Source of the DNA: an uncultured Planctomycetota bacterium
Lineage (GTDB): Bacteria; Planctomycetota; Planctomycetia; Isosphaerales; Isosphaeraceae
NCBI GenBank assembly: GCA_963823665.1
Contig: CAWGMQ010000004.1
Location: 1,280,001 to 1,344,000, forward strand
DNA length: 64,000 nucleotides
Direction: 5' to 3'
This document shows positions 31,801 to 43,000 of this stretch, piece by piece. Below the pieces are notes generated by a model. The model ran no database searches and was not told where the DNA came from. It worked only from the letters and a program-made list of their open reading frames with translations. Position 1 is the stretch's first letter. Each line of letters starts with the position of its first letter. The position numbers and the translations under genes were made by a program.

Positions 31801-33793
31801 GACCCTCAGCATGACAGCCACTCCCTCGATCGCCGGCGGGATTGACCTGCATGTCACGCAAGTGGTGACGCCGGACGGACTCATCGTGACGCTCAGCGGA
31901 CCGCTCTCCGAGCCCAACCAGGTCACAATCTCGCAATTCAACCCTGCCGCCGGCGGTCCCGGCGGGGGCAGCGGCAGCGGTAAGGCGGGGCCGGGCCTAC
32001 AGGGCACCTCCTCCTTATCCACCAACGGCAAGATCGAGCGATCTCCCTCAAATCCGCCCGGCACGTCGGGCGGCAGCGAGGGCACCGATGACGGAGGCTT
32101 GGTCACCGGCAATACGGTGACCGACAACAACGACGGCTCGGACGACGATTCCACCCAAACCGGACCGGACGCGCCGGGATTTCTTCCCAACACGGACATC
32201 ACTAATACGGCCGGCACCGACGGCACCAACACCGTCAGCACGGACAACGGCTTCAACGAACAGATCAACCCCAACGGGGACACCAACGTCACGACCCCGA
32301 ACGGGACGCAGGGCGAGACCTCTCCCGGGGGGGGCGTCACCCTCACCAATCAACCCGCGCCGCCGCCTGTATCGCCAAACCAGTGTCCTACTCCCCCTCC
32401 ACCGCCGCCGCCGCCCCCACCGCCGCCTCCGCCGCCGCCGCCGCCCTCGCCGAACAATGTGGCCGGCATGATCGGCGGGCGCGGGCAGGGCACCGGCGTC
32501 GTTTCGCACGACCCCAACAACATTACGGGCCCCTCCGGCTCGGGGGCACAGGGCTTCGTGACGACCGGGCAAGTGATGGGCTATACCATCGACTTCGAGA
32601 ACGACGGCACGGCGCCGGCCCAGGTCGTCAACGTCACGCAGCAGCTCGCCACCAGCCTGAATCTGAGCACTTTCCAGCTCGGCGCCTTCGGCTTCGGCAG
32701 CACCGTGGTCCAGGTGCCCGCGGGGCTCACATCCTACAGCACCGAGCTAACCTTGCCTTCGACGGCACCCGGCGCCGGGCCAGCCGGCCTGATCGTCGAT
32801 GTGACCGCGGGCCTCAACCTTCAAACCGGCCTCGTGACCTGGACGTTCACCAGCAAGGACCCGACGACGCTCGACATTCCCATCAATCCTCTCGAAGGCT
32901 TCCTGCCGAGCAACGACAGTGCAGGCGATGGTGCCGGGTTCGTCTCGTACACCGTAGAGCCCAAGGCGAGCGACTCGACGGGCACCGTCATCAATGCCCA
33001 GGCCACCGTGGTTTTCGACACGAACGCTCCGATCAAGACCAATACGATCGCCAATACCATCGACGTGACCGTGCCGACGAGCTCGGTGCAGCCGCTGCCG
33101 GCAACCACGACGGCCGCGAGCTTCACCGTTTCCTGGTCCGGGTCCAATGGCGCCGGCTCGGGCATCGCGACCTACAACGTTTTTGTCTCGAATGACGGCG
33201 GACCATTCGTTCCGTTCCAGGTCGCCACGAATGCAACTTCGGCGACCTTCACCGGCCAGGTTGGCCACACGTATGCGTTCTACAGCGTGGCGACCAGCAA
33301 CGTCGGCCTGGTGCAGCCGACGCCCAAGACCGCTCAGGCCACGACCACCGTGGTGAACACACCGCCGCCGCCAGCTCCGCCGGTGATCATCGGCGAAAAG
33401 GCCGTGTTCCAGCGCAAGACGAACAAGAAGGGCAAGCCGGTCGCTAAAGCCGTCCTCACCGGATTCGACCTCACCTTCAGTACCCCGCTCACTTTGGCGT
33501 CTGCGACCAACGCCGTCAACTTCCAGCTCGCTACCATCACAACGAAGAAGGTGAAGAAGAAGCTCACGACCATTCTGCACCCGATCACGAAGTTCACGGT
33601 GTCGTATATCCCGGCCACTGATTCGGTGGATCTGAAGCTGATCGGCACGCAGTCCTTCTCGACCGGCGGTCAGCTCACAGTTGTTAACCGCTCGCCGGGC
33701 GGAGTCGAGGGGGCTTCAGGCGCGCTGCTGGGGGGCAAGACGGTGTTTGCCATCTCGAAGAAGGGAAGCACGATCACGCCGTCGAGCTTGTAG
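22836..33793 (+). CDS. Giant surface protein 1 (about 3650 aa): LExLExRxLL leader, beta-helical passenger, CARDB-like, PPC-like, RHS/YD repeats and core, Pro tract, Ig/Fn3-like, Lys-rich C-terminal domain. Frameshifts near 24455, 25470, 28430
   Basis: Four consecutive ORFs join into one coherent protein. LERLESRTLLA leader, Gly/Thr/Asn-rich repeats, SWVDSVFLS..ESNRAGN, YD repeats, RAYDPALGRFTSPDP..NLYVYAGNSPVAESDPLGL, SHDPN..YTIDFEN. ATG at 22836 after GGGGAG. Confidence 0.88.
23570..24990 (+). repeat. Intragenic tandem duplication, about 570-bp (190-aa) unit, about 2.5 copies
   Basis: CACTGGACCGGCGGT recurs near 23613, 24180 and 24749. TCACGCTCTCTACGGAAGCTGCCCCAGG at about 23893 and 24462. 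Identical antisense ORFs 569 bp apart. Confidence 0.9.
30818..31219 (+). repeat. 63-bp (21-aa) coding tandem repeat, about 6.3 copies, just after the RHS DPLGL motif
   Basis: Unit GD(A/P)G(G/E)II(A/G)QSGQLGGT(A/N)PA(L/F)S starting at 30818, 30881, ... 31196. Confidence 0.92.
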
Positions 33794-34027
33794 CAGGTGC
33801 ACTCCCCCGCCCGCCCGGAGACGAATCCGCGCATTTTCGTGAGCACCCACGAAAGGTGGATCGGTTGGGTGGCTATTTATAGTTGGAGCTTGCGTGCTCG
33901 CGCGTGCAAACTCTTGCATTTAAAGTCCGCTCGCACATGTACTTGAAGAGAAGACGCCGGGCATGCATCACGCGACAAGAGTGTCCAGCTATTCGGCCTG
34001 AGTCTTTCAGGTCGTGGAGTCGCCCCG

Positions 34028-37000
34028 ATGCCATCGCGCCCATCTCGCCCGAGGCGCTTGTGCGCGCTCGCCGGCCGTGCCGCCAAGAACAAACAGCCCC
34101 TTCTCGATCTGTCAAACAAACTTGCGAGGCGTCTCTTCCGCCCGACGCTGGAGGGCCTTGAGGAACGCGTGGTTCTGGACGCCGTGGTCTGGAACGAGGC
34201 GACGAGCGGGAACTGGAACGTCGCCGCCAACTGGCTCGACACCACGACGGGCGAGCCGAAGGTGCCCACGTCGACTGACCAGGTGTCCATCAACCAGGCT
34301 GGTGTGACGGTCACGGTGAGCAGCGCGCAAGAGGCCGACACCTTGACCACCGCCAGTGGGACCGTTCTTGACGTGACTGCCGGATCGCTCACCGTGGGGG
34401 GCGGCTCGACGCTCTCCGGCAACCTCGATCTGAGCGGCGGTACGCTCTCGACCGATGCCGCGCTCACCCTGGCGGGGACGAGCACGTGGTCAGGCGGCTC
34501 GCTTGCCGGCTCGGGAAGCGTGACCAACACCGGCACGCTGACGCTCGCCGGCACGTCAGCCACGAGCCCGCTCGCCCTGGGTGTCAGCCTCGATAATGAC
34601 GGCACCATCGCGCAGACCGGCACCGGCAACCTCGGCATCAGCTCGGGCACGACGCTCACAAACGAGGCGGGCGGCGTCTACGATTTGCAGTCGGACGCCG
34701 GATTGACGTCCCTACCCGGGCCCGGCGCCGGGCCGCAGTTCTTCAACGCCGGCACCATCCAGAAGACCGCGGGTACGGGCACGTCAACGGTCGACAGCGG
34801 GGTGACATTCGAGCACGCCAATGGCACCGTCGATGTCGAAACCGGAACCGTGGCGATCGAGCAAAGCGGCAGCGCCAGAACGGCGACGAGGGGGCGGTGT
34901 TCACCGTGGCCCAAGGTGCGGTTCTCAATTTGAGCGGTGTGAGCCCCAACAACACGCTCGAAGGCACCTTCACCGGCGCGGGTCAGGGCACCGTGCTCTT
35001 CGACAGCGGTTTCTTGAGCACGGGCCCGCAGGGCGCGACGTTCAATTTCCCCGCCGGACTTTTCCAGTGGACCGGCGGCACGATCGACAATACCGGCGGG
35101 CTGACCAACCAGGGAACAATCACCCTCGCCGGCAGCAACGACTTGACGTTCGGCCCGGGCGCGCTCGACAACACCGGCACGATCATCCAGACTGGCGGCG
35201 AGTTCTCGCTCGACCCCAACACGACCCTGTTGAACGAAGCCGGCGGCCTTTACAACCTCGAAACGGGCGCCAACCTGAATGACAACATGGCCAACGGCGG
35301 CGGCGTCAACCCGGTGCTGGCCAACGCAGGTACGTTCGAGGAGTCCGCCGGCGGCAGCACGACGATGACCTGGGACCTCGACAACACGGGCACGTTCGAG
35401 GTCGACTCGGGCACGCTCACCCAGAACGGCAACTTGCTTGAGGCCGTCTCCCTCGCGCTCACCGGCGGGACCTGGGTCGTCTCAGGCGGGGCGGCGCTCA
35501 CTCTCCAGCAACCCGGCAACCTGAGCATCAACCAGGCCGATGTTACCTTGTCGGGAGCGGGCTCGAGCTTCACCAATCTCTCGGCATTGAGCTCGAACTC
35601 GGGTACGCTGACGCTCACGTCCGGCGCGACCTTGAGCGCGGCGCGGGCTTCACGAACACGGGTCGCTCACGATCGGGCCGGCCAGCACGCTCTCCGTCAC
35701 CGGCAAATACAACCAAACCGCCGCAGGCACCCTCGACGTGCAACTTGGCGGCGCTCCCGCCGGCGGACAGTTCGGCCAACTGGCCGTCACCGGCTCGGCG
35801 ACGCTCGCCGGCACGCTCCAGGCCAAAATCGTTAACGACTATGCTCCTTCCGCCGGCGACAGCTTCCAGGTGCTCTCCACCGCCAGCCAGTTGGGCAGCT
35901 TCACCACCTTGAATCTGCCCATCGCGCCTACGGCATACTTCCAGGCCGGCGTGAGTTCGACGGGCACCAGCGTGACTGCCCTGGCCACCCAGACGAACCT
36001 GACACCCGTTTCCATCCAGAGCATCACTCAGACCACAGCGACGGTCGGGCAAAGCCTGGGCGTCACCTTCACGGTCAAGAATGAAGGGACTCAGAAAACG
36101 CCCGTGTCGAGCTGGGTCGATTCCGTGTATTTGTCGCCGTCCTCGACAATCGGCGCAACGGCCGTGCTGCTGGGCCAGGTCACAAGCCCGGGTGCTGTCG
36201 CCGCCGGCGCCAGCTACCAGGAAACCGTGACGGCTTCGGTGCCTGCGCTTCTGCCTGGCCAGTATTTCGTGATCGTGCAGGCCGACAGCGGCGACGTTGT
36301 GCCCGACACCAACCGGGGCGAAAGCACGCTGGCGTCGAGCGCGGCGATTTCGGTGACCGTGCCCTCCTTGAGCATCGGGACTCCGCTCTCGGGAACGATC
36401 AGCGGCGGTCAAGATCTGTGCTTCGAGGTGAGCCCGTCTGCCGGCGAAGATGTGACCGTGGTGGCCTCGAGCAGCGTCGCCGGCTTCGCGGCGGTGTTCG
36501 AGAGCTCCAGCGGCATTCCCAGCACGACGACCTTCGACCAGTCGGCGTCGAATGCCGGCCAGGCCACCCAGGCGGTGGAGTTCTTCGACCCCCAGGCTGG
36601 GCCATACTTCGTTCTGCTCGAGGGGCAGACTGCCGCCGGCTCGGGCATATCCTTCACGCTCACCGCCGCGCCGGCGGCGCTGTCGCTCACCGGTTTGGGT
36701 GCGACGTCGGGAAGTAATGCAGGGCAAGTGACGGTGCCTTTGTTCGGCACTTTCTTTCAGACAGGACTCCAGGCCAGTCTCGTGGGCACGAATAATGCCT
36801 CGCAGGCGGCGGTATCGGTGTTTATCGCTTCCAGGACGCAAGCGTACGCGACGTTTAACTTGTCAACGCTCGCGCTGGGCACTTACGAGGTGCAGGTCAC
36901 TGCGGCCGGGCAGACTGCGAGCCTTCCCGCGGCTTTTTCCGTTGTGTCGGGCACGGTGGGCCAGTTCCAGGTGCAATTGTCGTTTTCCAATGCCACGGCC

Positions 37001-40000
37001 ACCTCGGCAGGGCCCTCTGAGGGCCTGATCACTTACAGCAACACCGGGGACACCGACCTGGTCGCCCCGCTCCTGCACCTCGACAGCGACGGCCAGGCCG
37101 CGATGCGGCTCGATTCGTCCGATCCGTATTCCGATAATCCTCTGCTACTGATCGCGGCCAGCTCTTCCGGCCCGGCGGGCGTGCTGCGGCCGGGCGAGCA
37201 AAGCGAGATCACTTTTGAGGCGCTTCCGACCACCGGTAGCGGAGGCGCGCTCGACATCGGCCTCGCGCAAGAGACTTCCAGCAGCACCACCGCGATTAAT
37301 TACACGGCGCTCGAGCAGCAGATCCAGCCTGCAGGGACGACCGACGCGAGTTTCGCTCCGATACTGGAGCAGATCGAGAACGAGGCCGGCCCGACTTGCG
37401 GCGGGCTCGTCACGCTGATCGCGCAGACCGCAACGGCAGTTGGTTTGCAGGGCTCTGGCCAGGGCAACGGCAGCTTCTACTCGGCGCCCGACGTCTTTGC
37501 CAAGATCGTGAGCAACGCCACCGGGCAGGCCAATGGTGAGATAACCGGGCAACTGTTCTTGAACGACAACTCCAACCCGCTGGCCGGCGCGACCGTCTCG
37601 ATCGCGACGGCCGACCAATCGCAAGGCGATACGGCCGTCACGTTCAACGACGGCAGCTTCGTCTTCCCGGAGATGCCCGAGGGCACCTACGACCTGACCG
37701 TGAGCGGTTATCTCCTGGCAGCGCCGGTGCAGGTCGTGGTTCCCTCGAGTGGGTTCGTCAGCGGCCTCGACGTGACGGTCACGCCCGGCGCGAGCATCAG
37801 CGGAACGCTGGTCAATGAGGCCAACAACGAGCCGATCAGCGGCGAGATGGTCGTCGCCCAGGGGACGGGAACGACGAACTATGCCGCGATGACGAACTCG
37901 AACGGGAATTACACGATCAGCGGCCTGCCGCCGGACACTTACACCGTATCGGCCGGGGGCGACACGTTCGCTCCCGGGTCCAGCAGTGCGATCCAGCTCG
38001 CGGCTCAGCAGGCGACGACCGGTGTCGACTTGACGCTCGAACCCGCCGCTACGCTCCAGGGCCAGCTTCTGAGCGACGGCGTCGCGGTAAGCCAGGCGGA
38101 AGTCACACTGGTCGATTCTTCCGGCGTCAGTCACTCGACCGAGACAGACAGCAACGGCCAGTATTCCATCACCGGTCTGGTGGCTGGAACAGCCGAGCTG
38201 AGTGTGCAAGCGCCGGGCTTCGCTCCAGCGAGCGCGCAGGTGATGCTGACAGTGGGAGATACCACGACCGCGCCAAACATCCCGCTCACCCCGGGCGCCG
38301 CGATCTCCGTGACGGTGATGGACTCGAGTGGGAACCCGCTGGCGAACGCGGCCGTGACGCTCTCGAGCAATGGCGCTCAGGTAGCCGAACTGAGCACGGA
38401 CGCGAGCGGCCAGGTTTCGTTCCCGGATCTGGCCGCGGGGACATTCAGCCTGGACGTCCTCGATCTCAACTACGTGACGACGGATGACACCGTTTCCGTG
38501 CAGACCGGTCAAACCCTTACCCAGACCTATGCCTTGGGCGCCGCGGGGTCGATTCAGGGCGAGGTGACGAATGGCTCGGGAAATCCTCTGGCGAACGTCC
38601 CTGTCACCCTGACGTATAGTGACGGCACGATCGACACCGAGACCACTGGCACCGATGGATCTTATTCGATCACGAATCTGGTGCTCGGAACATACGCAGT
38701 GACGGTCGGGATCAACCCCGGCATCGATCGGCAAGACGTTGTGCTGAGCGCAAGCGCGCTTGAGGCTACTGAGAACTTCACGCTCGCTGGCGCATCCCTG
38801 ACCGGCCAGGTCGACGAGTCTGACGGCGCGACGAGCGTGCCAGGGGCGACGGTTGCCCTGGTGCAAGGGGGCAACGTCCTGGTGGGCGTCACGGCCGACG
38901 ACAACGGCGATTATCAATTCGAAGGCGTGCCGGCGGGTTCCTATTCCATCGTGGCTACCGACACCTCGGCGATCACTGCGGCAGTCTCGGTCACTGTCGG
39001 CTCGGGCAACGTCCAGGTTCCGGCGCTGTCTCTCGGGGCGCTGACCCTTTCCGGCGTGGTGCAAGACGGAAGCGCGAACCCCATCTCCGGCGCCACGATT
39101 GTCGTGGAGCCGACCGCCGTCGACGGCGCCTCGTTCGACCAGTTCGCCACGAGCGCCGCTAACGGGTCGTTTTCTGTCACCGGTTTGGTCCCGGGTCAAT
39201 ATACAGTTCTGATCGGGCAAGACGGGTTTGCAGACGCCAGCCAGAGCGTGAACCTCACCGCCAGCACCACATTGCCAGCCGTCACGCTGGTGGTTGGTCA
39301 TTCGATCTCCGGCCAGGTTACCAGCACGGACTCGCAGCCCGTGGATGGGGCCACCGTTTCGATCTTCAATCAGACGACGGCACAGTTTGTGAGTGCGGCG
39401 ACCACGGATGCCTCGGGCAACTTCACCGTGTCGAATCTCGCCGCGGGGACGTATGACCTGGTCGCGGGCGCTGCCAACTTCGGCTCAACGGAGGTCGACG
39501 GGCTCGTGCTGGGCAGCAACCCACTCTCGCAAAACGTCCAGATCGGCTCGTCGACGATCCAGGTCTCGGGTGAGGTCACCGATCCGAATGGGCAGCCAGT
39601 TTTCAATGCGCTTGTGACCTTCGTCAATGGCAAGAGCGAAGATATTCTGAGCACGTCGACGCTGCTCAATGGAACCTTCTCTGTCAACCAGTTGCCCGCC
39701 GGAACCTTCACGATCCAGTATTCGGTCAACGGCCATTTCCCTGCACAACAAACGAATATCGTCGTGCAGAACGGTCAGGCGACGAGCGTACCGGCCGTGG
39801 TACTGAAAGTCGCGGGGGCCGACAACGCCATCGGGGACATCAACAAACAAGTGGAGGGCGCGCTTGGGGCTCTGGCACAGCAGACGTTTTCGAATGGACT
39901 CATCACCGACCCGAGACCGCTGGCAAGCCCACTTCAGGACACGACGCTTACCTACTCGAGCAACTCCTGCGATGCGGTGATCATTGCCGCCCACAACTTC

Positions 40001-43000
40001 AACGTGGCCGCCGGCGACGCGCTGCAGTTGTACATTCACACGGTCAGCCAGTTCCAGGAGATCTATACCGAAGCGGGCAGCGTGATCCTGGGAGCGATCA
40101 AGACCCTGATCAGTACCGGCCTCAAAGCCGCGGCCATCGCCGCCGCATCCGCGGAAATGGAGGCATATAACGCGACGAAGATTGCGATCCAAGCGGTGGA
40201 CACCGGGAGCGGCGCCGCGGGTAATGCAGCCGACGTCGCGGCTCTGCTTGCGGCAGCCCAGACCTTCGGGCCTGCACTCGCGGAACTGGGCAGCGTTGTG
40301 GTTGAGCTTGGGGTTGCCGCAGACGAATCGCACGCGACTCCGCTGCAGGTTTACTCGGCAGTGGTTACAGGGGCCTCCACAATCGTCGGGCTCTTCTCGG
40401 TCGGCACCAAGGCGGCGGCTGCCGTGGAGCTGCTGGAACATTCTCCGTTTCTCGCAGCGCTCGGACCTTTTGCCGACATCGTCGGAATCGGACTGGACCT
40501 CCTCTCATTTGTCCTGAACGCCGCTATCGCGGTGAATAATATAAATACTCTCATCCCGGAATATCAAAACACGCTGAACGAGTATCAGGAGCAGAGCAAT
40601 GAGCTGCCGGCGCTTCTGGCCGAATACAACAAAGCCGTTACAGACTGCCAGAATGGGCATCAACACCAGCCGGCAACTACGCCGGTGCCCCCCGATGTTC
40701 AGACGGTGAGCTGCTCCCAGGTCACGCTGCCGTTTGTATTCCAGGTCACCACCAATCTCGACGCCCTTTCAGGACCTGACTTTGAGGGCAGCCTGCGAGA
40801 GGCCATCCTCGACGCCGACGAGTCTAACGATCCCGGCATAGTCGAGATCGATTTTGCGCACCTCACCAATCCCACGATCATGCTGCAGGCGATTTTACCG
40901 ACCATCACGCGCTCGGTTTACATCGACGGCGGTGTGGGCTCGAACTGCGTGATGCTCGTCCTCGACGGCAGTGACATTTTGGCGGGTCCCACGAATCAGG
41001 ACGAAATCGGAAACATCATCAACGTGCGAGCGAACGACAGCACGGTCCGCGACATCGATTTTGTGAACTTCATCACCAATCCATTGGCCATCGAAGGCAG
41101 CAACGACACGGTCGCCGACTGCTACGTCGATGTTGACGCGAGCGGCGAGGTCGCAGAAGGCAACCTTGGCGTCGGGATCGGTGTGTACGGATCCAATAAC
41201 ACGATCGGCAGCATTCTGCCCGGCAACGGCAATGTCGTGTCGAACAGCGGGTTGACCGGCATCCTCGTTGGCGGCGGTACGAACAACGTGATCGAGGGAA
41301 ACATCGTCGGGCTTGACCTGGCCGGGACCATCGCGATGGGCAACGGCAACTCGGTCCCCAGCGGCCAGGACGGCAGCGGCATCGCCGTGGACTCGGCCTC
41401 GAATACCATCGGCGGTGTGATCCCGGCCGTGCGCAACGTGATTTCGGCCAACGGCCAGCACGGAATCTTCGGCGGCGGAAGCGAGTCGCTCGACGGCATG
41501 AATTTCGGCGGCAACGCCTTCGCGAACAACAACCTCATCGAGGGCAACTTTATCGGCACCGACATCACGGGAACGATCGCGCTGGGCAACAAGTCAGACG
41601 GAATCTTGCTCACGAACGTCACGAACAACACGATCGGCGGCACGTCCGGCACGTCGCCCACGACGGGTCTCTCCGGAGCAGCCAACTTGATCTCGGCCAA
41701 CGGCGCAAGTGGCGTCGAGTTCCAGGGATCAGCCTCGACCGGCAACCAGGTGCTGGGCAATTTTATCGGCGTCGACTCAAGCGGCGCCAATGCGCTGGGG
41801 AACGCGGACGACGGCGTTGAAATCGACTCAAGCGCCACGGGCAACACGATCGGTGGCGGCATCGCCAATGCCATGAACTTGATTTCAGGAAACCTCGCCA
41901 ACGGCATCGGCATCGTCGACGGCGCGGGCTCGATCCTCGTGCAGGGGAATTTTATTGGCACCGACCTTACGGGCACGGTATCTGGCAAGGGGGCCAGCGG
42001 AGCCAATCTCAAAAATGGCAGCGTCGGAATCCAAATCGTGGGGAGCTCGAACAACACGATCGGCGGAGCCGACGTGGCCAATCCCGCCGGAGCCTTGGTT
42101 GGCGACGGCAACTTGATCTCGGGCAACGGCGGGGGCATCACGATCACGCAATTGGCGGGCGAGACGGTTTCCAGCGGCAACTTGATCTTGGGCAACTTCA
42201 TCGGCACCGACGTCACGGGCGAACAACCCCTGCCGAACACCGTTCTTGGCATCGAAATCAACTCCGACAGCAACACGATCGGCGGTGCAACTCCGGCGAC
42301 TCGAAACATCATTTCCGGCAATCTTGGCGACGGCATTACCGTTGTCCAGACCTTGATCGGTGCCCCGCCGGGGATTCCGCCGCACGCTCCAGTGATGAAT
42401 CTGATTCAGAACAATTACATTGGCACCGATGTGTCGGGAAAGAACCGGCTCGGCAACCTGGGCAACGGCGTCAACATCACCGGCGGATCGAGCAATACGG
42501 TCGGCGGCACGACGAGAGCTGCGGCCAACGTGATCTCGAACAACGGCGCGCGGGGCGTGCAGATCATCGGGTCGGCCAGCGCACCGGCGGCGAACAACGT
42601 CGTCGACGGCAACGTGATCGGCACCGACGTGACGTTGACGCAGCTCGAGGGCAACGGCACCGACGGAATCGGGATCATCAATTCTTCCGGCAACGTGATC
42701 GGCTCTGCGGCCAGTGGCGGCAGCACCGGCAATCCGCCCGGCGACACGATTGCTGCGAATACGGGCAACGCCGTTTTCATCCAAGGTTCCCTGGCGACCG
42801 GCAACACCGTAGCCGACAACCACATCGGCCTGGGCGCGCCCAGCCGAATGGCCAGCCTGATTTGCTTCCCAACGGCGGCAGCGGCATTCAGATCGACAGT
42901 GCCGCTGGCAACGTGGTCGGCGGCACGCTCGCCGGGGCTGCCAACTTGATCGCGGGCAACAACGGCAACGGCGTGGGAATCAGCAACACGCTGGGGACCG

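Noticed and set aside
30782..34027. Classical RHS toxin-immunity pair
   Set aside because: No recognisable toxin motif after DPLGL and no small downstream immunity ORF.
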